From Chiloscyllium plagiosum (lineage: Eukaryota), in NCBI RefSeq assembly GCF_004010195.1, contig NC_057757.1, positions 1,277,969 through 1,341,968 on the forward strand: DNA of 64,000 bases, given 5' to 3'. Position 1 is the first letter of the stretch, and each line of letters opens with the position of its first letter. The notes beneath the pieces were generated by a model, which saw nothing but the letters and a program-made list of their open reading frames with translations, made no database searches and was not told where the DNA came from. Of this stretch, positions 1-11,978 are shown one piece after another. A program made the position numbers and the translations under genes.

Positions 1-1203
1 TGGCTTTGTGCGTGGAAAATCATGTCTCACAAACTTGATTGAATTTTTTGAAGAAGTAACAAAGAGGATTGATGAGGGCAGAGCAGTAGATGTGATCTAT
101 ATGGACTTCAGTAAGGCATTCGACAAGGTTCCCCATGGGAGTCTGGTTAGCAAGATTAGATCTCATGGAATACAGGGAGAACTAGCCATTTGGATACAGA
201 ATTGGCTCAAAGGTAGAAGACAGAGGGTGGGGGTGAAGGGTTGCTTTCAGACTGGAGGCCTGTGACCAGTGGAGTGTCACAAGGATCGATGTTGGGTCCA
301 CTACCTTTCATCATATATACATAGAAATGATTTGGATGTGAGCATAAGAGTACAGTTAGTAAGTTTGCAGTTGACACCAGAATAGGAGGTGTAGTGGACA
401 ACGAAGAGGGTTACCTCAGCTTATAACAGGATCTTGATCAGATGGGACAATGGGCTAAGAAGTGGCAGATGGAGTTTAAGTTAGATAACTGTGAGGTGCT
501 GCATTTTGGGAAAGCAAATCTTGGCAGGACTTATATATTTAATGCTAAGGTCCTGGGGAGTGTTGCTGAACAAAGAGACCTTGGATTACAGGTTCATAGC
601 TCCTTGAAAGTGGAGTCGCAGGTAGATAGGATAGTGAAGGCAGCATTTGGTATGCATACAGGAGTTGGGAGGTCATGTTGCAGCTGTACAGGACATTGGT
701 TAGACCACTGTTGGAATATTACGTGCAATTCTAATCTCCTTCCTATTGGAAGGATATGTGAAACTTGAAAGGGTTCAGAAAAGATTTACAAGGATGTTGC
801 CAAGGAGAGGCTGAACAGGTTGGGGCTGTTTTCCCTGGAGCATCGGAGGCTGAGGGGTGACCTTATAGAGGTTTATGAAATCATGAGGAGCATGGAGAGG
901 GTAAATCCAGAACTAGAGGGCTTAGGTCTAGGGTGAGAGGGGAAAGATATAAAGCAGTCCTACGGGGCAACTTTTTCACGCAGAGGGTGGTACGTGTATG
1001 GAATGAGCTGCCAGAGGAAATGGTGGAGGCTGGTAGAATTGCAACATTTAAAAGGCATCTGGATGGGTATATGAATAGGAAGGGTTTGGAGGGATGTGGG
1101 CTGGGTGCTGGCAGGTGGGACTAGATTGGGTTGGGATATCTGGTCAGCATGGACAGGTTAGACCAAAGGATCTGTTTCCGTGCTTTTCATCTCTATGACT
1201 CTC
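1..1203 (+). mobile_element. CR1-type LINE, degenerate RT region plus 3' UTR/tail
   Basis: Translations GKSCLTNLIEFFEEVT..VDVIYMDFSKAFDKVPH, KWQMEF, FFTQRVVRVWNELP; frameshifts; ends in the ...ctctatgactct tail shared with other copies in the window. Confidence 0.92.
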
Positions 1204-1695
1204 TTTACAGAATATTGAGTAATTATAAAAAAATTACCAGGAGATTCAGAAAATCATTCACAAACTTAAACTTTAATCTTACAAAATCAAAGCTGTGACA
1301 GCCAGAAAATGTCTTCCCTGTCTGCTCACGAAACCTTTGTTTCTCTGTAATTTATACAAACTTCGGTTTCCGGATTAAGGGCATACCCCTTGTACAGGGT
1401 GGTGCAGAGCCGGGTGTGATAGGGCATTGGCACTACCAGCGAGATCCGCCAGGTCCACCAAATCGATGGACCCCAGGCCAGCACAGGAGCAGAAAGGGTC
1501 AGGACTGGGGAGGGGGCTTCAGTGACCTGCCCCAACCCGTCCTCAGCCACACCATCAGGAGAAATGACACCTTCCCCGCAGGCACCGGTATCCCCAAAGG
1601 CCACACTCACCGACTGCCCAAGGTCATGGAAAGGGGTATTGGTTCCCCTTTCAACCACCGCCCTCACATACCTCAACCCCAGAGTCCGTCTGTAC

Positions 1696-2358
1696 CTATG
1701 GGAGCACCCTGGTACAGTGATGAACCACGCGGATTGACCCACCATTGGAACGGCAGTACGTGACGCCCTGGGTTACCGTAAAGGAGCCCTCTCCCCTTGG
1801 CTCGTTCCCCTTTCTCCGAAAAACCCGTGCATACACCTGACCCCCAGGTTTAATAGGCCCCTCCTTGTTACCAGACACTGGCTCCCTCAGTATTTCCTGT
1901 GTGGGGATAGACTCCTGAATCATAGTTAGCTGTTGCATGTACTACTTAAGCTCAAGTTCCAAGTTGGGCCTATCGTACGGACCCCTCCACTCGGGCACTG
2001 GCATGGGTCCAGCGGTGAGCATTTCATATAGCGTCAAGGTGGTCATGTGGTCAATCTGCATATGGTCGCTCATTAGTGCCAGTGCCAGCTCATCGATCCA
2101 TTTCAGATTGGTGCTCACACAAATTTTATTCAACTTAGCTTTTAAAATACTGTTAATCCGTTCCACTATACCTTGCAACTGGGGGAGGAGTGGGGGGGGG
2201 TGGGAGGTGACATACACACCCAAACCTCTGCCTGATCCTCAAAGTCTGCAGCACCTACTGTACCACCGTTTGGATTAAAGCAGGCTCACAGCCTGAACTG
2301 ATCACTGACAATATGCCATACCCTGGAATTACTTCAGTTGTTAAGAATGTTACCATTG
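1696..2358 (-). pseudogene. Retroviral integrase, C-terminal half (disrupted)
   Basis: FLTTEVIPGYGILSVISS..LIQTVVQ*VLQTLRIRQRFGC..QGIVERINSILKAKLNKIC..W...LALALMS..EMLTAGPMPVP..PGGQVYARVFRRK..GEGSFTV..HHCTR; stops and frameshifts. Confidence 0.85.
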
Positions 2359-2479
2359 TGCAATGCAGTTCAGACGTGGGTGGCTTAACTTCAGCCAGTA
2401 ACGGTAAAACATCCTTCCTCCATTTTTCCCAAGTCTCCCAAATATAACCCTCTATGTCTCCGATCCTAATCCCATTTGA

Positions 2480-2790
2480 GTACATTCTAATTTAAATTCT
2501 AATTTCAGGTAAGGCTGCTACCCTAGAAAATTAATTGGCATCGCCTTCAAACTAATAAAGGCAAGTCGACTGTTTTACTGTCCATTTATAAACTTGCTGG
2601 GGCTGTAAATCTTGTTAACTGCGGTTTATCCAAGAACCCTGCAGTCTCAAGAAATGTTCCTGACCTGGGAAGGAGGGAGGCAGATTGGGGTTGAACACCA
2701 ATATAGGTAGCTCCAGCAACTATCATCACGGGTGTCAACTGTCCTTCCCACTAACCTGCACAGTAGGTTCCTGTTCAGCCTCCCGTATCA
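2480..2790 (-). pseudogene. Retroviral aspartic protease remnant
   Basis: EGQLTPVMIVAGATY (DTGA decayed to VAGA, two point changes) followed by PINFLG..AL, resembling the NLLGRD motif; frameshifted. Confidence 0.65.
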
Positions 2791-2829
2791 TTGGGTGCTG
2801 CTCCTTCCCACTCGGGATCTCTGGGCACC

Positions 2830-4830
2830 CCGAGCACATCCTGTACGGATTAACAGGCCCATTGGGTCCGTAGGGATTTTGAGGTGGGACAGCCAGACGT
2901 TCCTGACTCATAGGTCCACCCTGGGGCTGGGAGGGTCAGGTCCAATATGGGCAATTTCTTTGAAAATAGTCTGGTTTATAACACCCCCAACACATTATTT
3001 CTGATCCTCTCTGAGCCTGACTTCTCACTATACCCTTTGGCACTGCACCACCTCTTTGCCTGTGTCCTTCAAGGCCCCAGTTCTGTCTGGCCTGTTAGTT
3101 AATTTTATTTTGACCTTGGCATGGTCTCCATGGAAAAGTCCCTCCAAAAATGTTTATTATCGGCATGGGGTTGTCTGGCCCTTGCCAGGTGGTGGTCGAG
3201 GGTTTTCCCTGGACCAGCATGTTATTCATTTCTTTAGCGCTGTTGTCACTGACAACATCCTCGTGCTTATCTCTCTCTCTCTCTCTCTCTCTTTAAGTTC
3301 CTCGAGTTGCAGTTGTGTCAACTTCCTTTGGACCTCCTCCTGTTATTCGGCCAGCTTCTTTTTGTCTTTCCTGTATCTTTCGACTGCATGGTCTCTGAAT
3401 TCCTGCCAGGCCACTGCCTCCTCTGGCTTAGACCCAATTTGAGGGACATTGCCCCAACAGTAGCAGTCCGGAACATTCTGGTTAACTGTTGGCTACCTCC
3501 CACATATTGTTCTGTACCAAGCCTCCACCTTTTTAGCCAGTTTCCCAAATTGGGCTACTGAGTTTTCAGTGTCTCCCAGTGGATTCCTTCTAAGCTTTAG
3601 GATCGATCTTAGTTGGGTAACAGACTAAGGGCCTGCCATACCCTTTGTCTTACTCTTTCAAACCCAGCATCGTCAATCATCGGATTGTCCACCACATTCT
3701 TCAAGCGAACTCGGTCCATTATCTCTCTTAATATCGGCAGTTCCCCCCACCTGTACTAACACTGCCTCTAAATCCCCCACAGCCAACAACTGTCCTGTGG
3801 TTTCCTCTTCTAAAGGCTCTAATCCAGTTTCCTGCTCCATCATGTAAACTGGGCAACACGTTCATCGGCCTTTCCAGATCCTGGGTTCCCTAAGGAATGC
3901 ATTGCAGCCGTCTCCCCCCTTTTAAAAGCAATGGCATATTTCCCCACTGAGAGCTTCTTTCCCTTATTAAAATCATTACATTGTGATTCGTCATTGGATT
4001 CCAAATCTAACCAAACTTGTATTTCTTCCCATCTTCCTGCCACCTCTGCTCCACTCCCTCAGCACTCTATGCTAGTCTCTGCTTAACATTCGTGGAATGA
4101 TTTAGATGTGTCTCATAGTCTCTTTGTTCTCTTGACTTGCGTAACCTCTGAATTTCACCTTGCAATCTCGGTTTTTCCTGTTATAAAGCTTCAACTTTGC
4201 CTCCTCGCTTGTCCCGCCTCCCGTTTTATTTTTAACACATTCTGCTCTGGGTCAGCTTCCTCCCAATTCAATTCCCCCTCTTTCTCTACTTTGTTGCCCC
4301 GTATTACAGGACGGTGTGTGACATTCTCTTCACCCGAATTGAGAGGTGGTGGGGTGGGGGTGGGGGTGGGGAGACTTTTCTAATTGTGTAATCCAGGGTT
4401 TCATATCCAAAGGCTCTGCGTTCTTCTCGGAACACATGGAGATTTTCTCCACCTAAGTCTGCTCAAAAAGCTGCTCGTTTGGCTGTCTGGCACCCCCCCA
4501 CCTCCCCACCTTCCTCGTCGTACCTGGTGTCTGAAAGGATTTCTTTCCTCAATCCTCCCCTACTATTCCAAACAGCTTTAAAATTTCTACCTCTTCAAGA
4601 TTCTCTTTTTTGATTTATCCTTAGTTAGATCTGGAAGTCTTAATTAACCCTTCCATTTCATTTGCACATATTTACATCAAAGGTACCCTCTCTTGGCCAT
4701 TTAGTTAGTTCTTCTTTCCCATTTTTGAGAATTTTTTTACGATATTGTTTCTTGCTACTGGAAATTTCTTACTCAATATTTCAACCACAGTCCCTTTGTT
4801 CCTCCTGACATATGTCTCAGTCCAGCGAAT
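2830..4830 (-). pseudogene. Retroviral gag remnant
   Basis: WPREGTFD matrix-like motif; CWGCYKPDYFQRNC = CX2CX4(H>Y)X4C knuckle at 2951-2992; many stops. Confidence 0.7.
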
Positions 4831-5267
4831 CTCTGTTCTCACAGTTCACTCCCTTATGCCTTACAAGTCCAGTAGCGTCTTGTCAATTACTGTGTGTTCC
4901 CTAATTCCACAACTTGCAATCATCCCTCATCAATCGATCAGTGCCTAAACATCCTCAGCTTCAACTAATGAATAAAGACAATCTCTTCTCATTCGTCCTG
5001 CCTATGCTATTCTAAGACTGTATCTGCAGAATGCACTGATCACTGATGGTTCCTTGAAAAACCTGCTAAAAAAACAATGCTATCTTAAATTCCGACAATG
5101 CAAACTAAAATCAAAACACTCCCGGATCTTCAGCTCCTGGGAACCAGATACAAACATTTAACAACCAAAACCCAGTTGTGCATACAAACCCAATCACAAT
5201 GGTTAACCTCTCTCTCTCTCCCTCACACACACACACAAACCCTTTCTCTCTCTTTCTCTCACACACA

Positions 5268-5518
5268 GATCTTATCTGCCTAAGCAGACTCTTTGTCCAT
5301 ATGTATACTTATTTCAGTCAAATGACAATCCAGTCTTTTTTTTAAAAAAAAATCAACAGTGCACCAGCACTTTAGAAAACTTGGCTATTCTCTGATCTTA
5401 TCTGCCTAAGCAGACCCTTTGTCCATATGTATACTTATTTCAGTCAAATGACAATCCAGTCTTTTTTTTTAAAAAAATCAACAGTGCACCAGCACTTTAG
5501 AAAACTTGGCTATTCTCT
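5268..5518. repeat. Tandem duplication, 2 x ~126 bp
   Basis: gatcttatctgcctaagcagac...ttggctattctct starts at 5268 and again at 5394, near identical. Confidence 0.95.
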
Positions 5519-5666
5519 AATATTTTATTTATAATCCTCAACTACCAACCAATCTGCTGGTTTTCAATTTCATTCAAAATCACAAATACTATCAAAACAA
5601 TTCAATCCCCTAGTTTTCCTTTGCTTTTTGTTTTGTATTTCTTCATTTTGCTCGATAACAATAGGG

Positions 5667-6002
5667 CACGATCCACAGGGCCGTACTGACACAGCCCTGC
5701 CCAAGCAGACCCTCACACGACCCGTGAAGGGGTATCCACAGGGACGTACTGACACAGCCCTGCCCGAGCAGACCCTCCCACACCCGGCGAGACCCTCACA
5801 CGACCCGTGATGTGGTATCCACAGGGACATACTGACACAGCCCCGCCCGAGCAGACCCTCACACACCCGGCGAGACCCTCACACGACCCGTGAAGGGGTA
5901 TCCACAGGGACGTACTGACACAGCCCTGCCCGAGCAGACCCTCCCACACCCAGCGAGACCCTCACACGACCCGTGAAGGGGTATCCACAGGGACGTACTG
6001 AC
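5667..6002. repeat. 83-bp tandem repeat (~4 copies), probable ERV leader
   Basis: gaccctcacacgacccgtga... unit starts at 5708, 5791, 5874, 5957. Confidence 0.92.
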
Positions 6003-6154
6003 CCCACACGGAATTTTCTCTCAATCTCTTTGTTCTTCACCTCCTCACCCCGCTGTGCAGTTTTCCTGAACAATCCTCTGCATCTCCTCAAACTTTAATT
6101 TACCGTTCACCTTCTGGTTCTTTGGACCGGAGAGGCCCACTTGAAGCTTTCTTT

Positions 6155-6370
6155 ACACTTCTGTGTTCTCACTCAGGCCAGCTATGTCAGTATCGTAGCC
6201 AGAGTTCCCAATCCATTACAACTATTTGCCATTCAGGTCTGTCATTGTTGGAGTTTTCTAGAAGGGTCATGATGGTCCAGGTGCCAAAATTCATTTGGCT
6301 GGATGGAGGGGTGGTGCTGGGTTGGAAGATGCCTTTGTGTGGATTTTTATAACACTGTAAGATCATCACA
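6155..6370 (-). mobile_element. RTE-clade LINE endonuclease N-terminal fragment
   Basis: MNFGTWTIMTLLENSNNDRPEWQ..EL..Y, resembling RTE 'WNVRTLLD...RPERRTALVA.EL.RY.IDIAALSE'. Confidence 0.65.
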
Positions 6371-8209
6371 TAGCAACCACCACAGGGTCACAGTGGAGCA
6401 ACGTTTTGAGCAAATGACAGGGAAAATCAGCGATGACTAGGCTGTGCTGTAGGATAGGATATAATCAGTCATTTTCCATCAAACATTCCCTATCACTACC
6501 ACAGTGAAGTAGGGAAAAGCCCATGGTGCTGGTGACCAGCACCGTCTCAGTGTCGGAGGGATATCCAGGCTGAAGGCTGGGGCCTGGCTACAAGCCACTC
6601 ACTTGCCTGAGCTCTTGCAATAATGCGTTCAAGACTGAGTCAAGATGGCACATGTACCTGGGAGAGGCCCTCCCTGTGGCTTATTATTAGATCGAACCAG
6701 TGTTTCTCTGTATACCTGGTTTTAGTTCAGAGCGGTTCCAAACATGCACATTTGAATTCTTGCTGCACTGTTGGCACAGCTGCTGTTGTGGCCTCCTCAC
6801 AATCCTTTGCCATCTTCCCCATTGCCAGCTGCCCGGCTAGGTTCCTGAGACACCACCAGTTCTGGGGGAGCAAACGTGGGCCTGCCCACCCACCAACTCA
6901 CTCTAACCTCCAGTTGCCAAAGTGGCTGCATGCCTTTGCTGACCCTGTGGACACAGATGGGTCAGTAAAGACTTGTTAGAGTTAGCTTGAAATTTAAATA
7001 ATGCCGTCTTTAACAACTCATTTGAACCCGCCTTCACATGATCCCAAGCAGAGCACTCCAAGCCCAGACCACTCACAGTGTGAAAAAATTGTTCTCACCT
7101 GCCTTCTGGTTCTTCAACCTTTTTATGAGCCAGTTTCTCCCTGTGTCCAGCCCCTGTTTAGTTAATCCCATTCCCCTCCCCACTATCCTGAATTTTGTTT
7201 CCTTTTGAGGACACAGTCACCTTTCCAGTCTGGAAATCTATTGTTTGGCAAGTTCAGCTATCTGGAAATATTTTTTGACTCAATTGAAACAACTCAGCAT
7301 CATTTTAATACAGTGCTATGACAGTTAAAACATGGAAGATACAATAAGTAACACAAATTGTATTACAGTTTTCTATGTTTTTTAACTGTTTTATGCTTTG
7401 AGTAAATACAGTACTTAATCTCACTCTGCTTTCAAGTTTGCACACTTGTTAGACATTATTTTAGGCATGGCACATTTCACTAGTAATTTGTTTACCTGTG
7501 CTCATTTTAAGTTCTGCCTAGATGACTTGGCTTCAGTCCTAATTGCAGACTTAGTCTAAACATGGACAAAAAAGATTAATTTTGAAAGTGCGGTGAAATT
7601 AAGTAGCCATGAGGCTGAGTAATACAGAAGTCAATGAGATTCAGGAAAAAATGTGCCGCTGACCATTGACACAACAAGCACAAAGTAATATTGCTGTACG
7701 CTCTGAAAGCTGATATCTCAGCCCAGCATGTGGCTGCCAAAGTTCCTCAGAATAAGAAATTCAAAGATTCTTTATACTGCAAAAATGAGTTGGTCCCCAG
7801 CATTTAGATCAGAGAGGTAAAGTGTACTTATCCATTCCCTACTGGAAGTTGCAGCGCTTTTGAGCATGCATTCCATATCATAACCTGCTGCACAGATAAC
7901 ATATTGTCCCCTTCATGCTCTGCTTTGTTTGGGTTACTGAAAGCTCTTCTGCCGTAGAAACAATGGCTTTTTGTTTACTTTTTCAAAGTTCCTCAAAGAT
8001 TTGGTCACGCAAGATTAAATTTTCAAAGCGAATACACTGCGGATTTCCATTTGTTCAATGAGTCAGGTTAGGGTTTGGCTGTATTCATGTCAGACAAGTT
8101 TCTGCAGTGTGTAATCTTTACACACAATGCTTGAGCCAATGGCAGTCCTAGATTAGAGTGGTGCTGGCAAAGCACTGAGGTTCAGGCAGCATCCGAGGAG
8201 CAGGAAAAT

Positions 8210-8808
8210 CTTCTGTGTTTGGAAAGTTAAAATCCCTGACCATAACCACCCCATTATTCTTACAGATAATTGAGATGTCCTTACAAATCTGTTTCTCAAT
8301 TTCCCGCTGACTAATAGGGGGTCAATAATACAATCCCAATAAGGTGATCATCCCTTTCTTATTTCTCCAAATAACTTCCCTGGATGTATTCCCAGGAATA
8401 TCCTCCCTCAGTACAGCGGTAATGCTATCCCTTATCAAAAACGCCACTCCCTCTCCTATCTGCCTCCCTTTCTATCCTTCCTTTAACATTTGTATCCTGG
8501 AACATTAAGCTGCCAGTCATGCCTGTCCCTGAGCCACGTTTCTGTAATTCCGGTCCCATGTTCCTAACCATGCCCTGAGTTCATCTGCCTTCCCTATTAG
8601 GCCTCTTGTATTGAAATAAATGCAGCTTAATGCAGTCTTACCTCGTTCTCTACTTTGTCCCTGCCTGCCCTGACCGTTTGACTCTCCTCTTTTCTCAACT
8701 GTACTAGTCTCAGCTTGATCCCTTTCATGACTGTCTCCCTGGATCCTACCCACCCCCACACCTTTCTAGTTTAACTCCCCCTGAGCAGCTCTTGCAAATC
8801 TCCCTGCC
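8210..8808 (-). mobile_element. CR1 LINE fragment (endonuclease region)
   Basis: LSCIYFNTRGLIGKADELRAWLGTWD; homologous to 16860-17330. Confidence 0.8.
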
Positions 8809-9379
8809 AGTAAAAGTTGTGACTTTCTAGCAATTTGATACAGCTGAGTGGCTTGCTCGGCCTATTCAGAGGACAGTTAAGAGTCAACCACATTGCTGTG
8901 GGCCTGGGGTCACATGTAGGCCAGACAGGTAAGGATGGCAGATTTCCTTCCATGAAGGGGTTAGTGAACCAGGTGGCTTTTTCCAATAATTGACAATCCT
9001 TAGTCGACTCTTAATTCCAGATTTTATTTTGTTGAATTCGAACTCCACAATCTGTCGTGGTGGGATTCAGATCCCAGTCCCCAGAACATTATTCTGGGTT
9101 ACTGGATTAATAGTCCAGTGATAATACCACTAGGCCATGGCCTCCTCTGAAGGAGTGATTGAGGCCTCAGTTTTGCACTTACCTAGATGTTAGACTAACG
9201 TGTCTAATGCGTTTAATGTGTCTAACATGGTTCCAAACCAAAGGAATGTGCCCTTTGGTAATTTCCAGGTAATTCCCATGGAGTTCAGTGTATTAGAACT
9301 TCTGCAGAAAATACAATGGCCATCATTGATCTGATCCAGGGATTGGAAGATTGAATACAGTATGATTCAACCTGAGCCC

Positions 9380-11275
9380 ACTCTAATTAGCTTAATGTCT
9401 TGATGCATTTGCTCCAATATTCAATCAGATGTGCCAAGTGGAAGATGCATCTCAGCCGTCTCTGGAGATCCTGAGTATTACAGAAGCCAATTTTCAGCCA
9501 GTTCAATTCACTTGTGATACAAGTAACAGCTCAAGACACTGATTAGGCAATGAGTCTGACAACATTACGGCAAGAGTACTGAAGATTTGTGCTTGTGCTA
9601 TTTCTACACCCTTAGCTAAACTGTTTCAGAGCAACGGCAATACTGACATCTCACCAGCAATGCAGTAAGTAGCCCACCAATGCCTTGTGCCGACAAAAGG
9701 ATGGCAGGGTGGCTCAGTGGCTAGCACTGCTTCCTAACAGCACCAGGGACCTGGGTTCAATTCCAGCCTTGGGTGGCTCTCTGTGTAGAGTTTGCACTTT
9801 CTCTCTGTGTCTGTGAGTTTCCTCCAGGTGTTCCAGTTTCCTCCTACAGTCCAAAGATGTGCTGGTTATGGTGGATTGACAATGTTAAATTGCCCATAAT
9901 ATTCAGGGATGTGTAGGTTAGGTGAATTATTCATGGGAAATGTTGAGTAATAGGAGTAGGGGAATGGGTCTGGGTTGGGTACTCTTTGAAGGATCAGTGT
10001 GGACTTGTTGGGCCAAATGGCCTGTTTCCATACTGTAGGGTTTCTATTCTATGAACACAGGAAAAGTTTAACCTGCCCAATTACTGCCCATCACCCTGCT
10101 CTTGATTAATAAAATAATGGAAGGTGTCATCAACAGTGTTGTCAACCAACATTTGCTTAGAACTAAGCTGCTCACTGACGTTCTGCTTGGATCACCCAGC
10201 TCCTGACCTTGTTAAAGCCTTTGGTCAAACATGGACAAAAGAACTGAATTCCACAATTGAGGCAAGAGTGACTTTCCATGATATCAAGGCCATAATTGAC
10301 TTGGTGTGGCCTAGCAAAATGAGTCAATGGGAGTCAGGCAGGAAACTCTCTGCTGGTTGGTCCAAGAACAAAGAAAAATGGCCAGTCATCTCAGGTCCAG
10401 GACCCTCTGCAAGAGTGTTTCCTTCAGAGATGTCTCCTAGACCAAATCATTTTCAGCTGCTTTGTCAATAATCTTTCCTTTATCATTAGGTCAGCAGTAG
10501 GGAAGTTTGCTAATGTTTAACATTGTTTGCAACTCCAAAGATACTGTCCAGGCAAGTAACGTTCTTACCATACAAGTGCCGAGCCATGACAATCTTCAAG
10601 AAGAGACCCTAACCATCGCCCTTGACATTCAATTATGTTACCATTACTGATTACCCCACACTCAATATCTTGGAGGTTACCATTGACTAGCCCAGAAATG
10701 TAACCCAATCAGCCATATAAATACGATGTTTCCAAGTGCTAGTTGGAGTAGATCACTTTCTGACTCCCCAAGTCAGTCCACAATCTACAAGATTTCTCAG
10801 GAGTGTAGCAACACTCTCCTTACTTGCCTGGGTACAATACTCAAGAATCTTGATAATCATCCAAGACAAAGATCCTGCTTAATTAGCACCATATCTACAA
10901 ACATCCACTCCTTCCATCACTGATGCTCAGTAGCAGCAGTGCATACTATTTGGAAAATGAACTGTGGAAATTCAGTAAGGCTTCTTCAACAGTATCTTCC
11001 AAACATACAACCACTAACAACTAGACCAGGGCAGCAGATACATGGGAACCACCATCAGCAAGTTCCCCTCTAAGCCACATGCCACCCTGATTTGGAAACG
11101 TATCACCGTTCCTTCAGTCTCCATGTATTAAAATCCTGCAAATCCCTCCTAATATGGGGGCAAACCAAATCAACTGCAGTGGTTTAAAACAGCAGTTCCC
11201 ACCACCAGAGCAGCTAGGGATGGACAATAAATGCTAGCCTAGTCGGTGCTGTCCACATCCAGTGAATTAATAAAA
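9380..11275 (+). mobile_element. Old degenerate LINE (RT region plus 3' end), interrupted by a SINE; clade uncertain (L2/CR1 group)
   Basis: Decayed VLKICA..PLAKLFQ and NYCPSPCS-like (NYRPISL) RT motifs; 3' end shared with 25318-25700 and 50485-50785. Confidence 0.6.
9699..10053 (+). mobile_element. tRNA-derived SINE (HE1/V-SINE type)
   Basis: A box tggctcagtgg, B box ggttcaattcc, V-domain-like gtgtagagtttgcac...ctcctacagtccaaaga, LINE-like tail. Confidence 0.85.
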
Positions 11276-11535
11276 CAGATGTTGTGAACTTGCTGCTCGG
11301 ACCCTGGGTCTAGCCAGTTCAATTGGAGACTTTTGATATTATGATTCCTTTTTGTCTCAGTTCTGGTGCTCGTGTCCCGGTTTGTCCCAGCCTGCCTTGC
11401 CTCTCTATTTTTGTCATTTTGTCTTGTCTCTGGATCCCTCTTTTCTTTGCATGTCAATATCTCTATCACTTTAGCTCTCTGACCGCATTGTCTGCCTGTG
11501 TTGAGCTTACTTATGTTCATTTTGCTGTTTCAAAG

Positions 11536-11978
11536 CTGACGACGATGAATTTGTCAACCCTGAGGCGATTGTGAACTACATCACAACTGACAACACCTCA
11601 CAGAAAGTTATTTCTGGTTACATCTATAAACGAAACATGGTCTACCGATTTGGCAACAACAAAGTGAGCCAATATCTTTTGGTCAATGACATCTACCCAG
11701 ACTTCCCAGCTGGTGGAGGATACATGGTGCCGAGATCATTCATACCAGAGCTGAACTGGAAATCCAAGACTTTACCTGCTTTCCCTGTTGACGACGTTTT
11801 CATGGGATTTCTGGCTCTTTCTAGCAAGATCCCACTGAAACACAAGAAAGAGTTTTATATGTGGGGACTCAAGTACTCAGTGCAGCATTTTAAGGATGCA
11901 TTTATTGTACATTCATTATCTTCAGAAAAGATTATAGAAATGTGGGAAATGTTGCACAATGAAAAACAGAAAGATTAA
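11536..11978 (+). CDS. 3' coding exon of a GT31-family beta-1,3-glycosyltransferase (B3GNT/B3GALT-like); upstream exons not found
   Basis: Open frame ADDDEFVN..YPDFPAGGGY..FPVDDVFMG..VH..MWEML; DxD, GGGY and DDVFMG motifs. In-frame stop at 11502-11504 implies a splice acceptor (pyrimidine tract + aag at 11533-11535). Confidence 0.8.

Larger units (their letters stand above)
1204..6010 (-). mobile_element. Internally deleted endogenous retrovirus (epsilon-like): leader repeats, gag, pro, partial integrase, LTR-like 3' end; no RT, RNase H or env
   Basis: Minus strand: matrix-like WPREGTFDVNMC (~4660-4700), degenerate zinc knuckle (2951-2992), degenerate protease motifs, integrase core and C-terminus; TATA-like (~1350) and ATTAAA (~1272) near the 3' end. 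Boundaries approximate. Confidence 0.8.

Noticed and set aside
7728..8068. Possible upstream exons of the GT31 gene (ATG ~7728 with gtaaag donor; segment ending at 8067)
   Set aside because: No GT31 motifs or clear transmembrane segment, and the simple splice hits a stop
9699..9770. tRNA gene
   Set aside because: It is the tRNA-derived head of a SINE, continuous with the SINE body, as in the other copies
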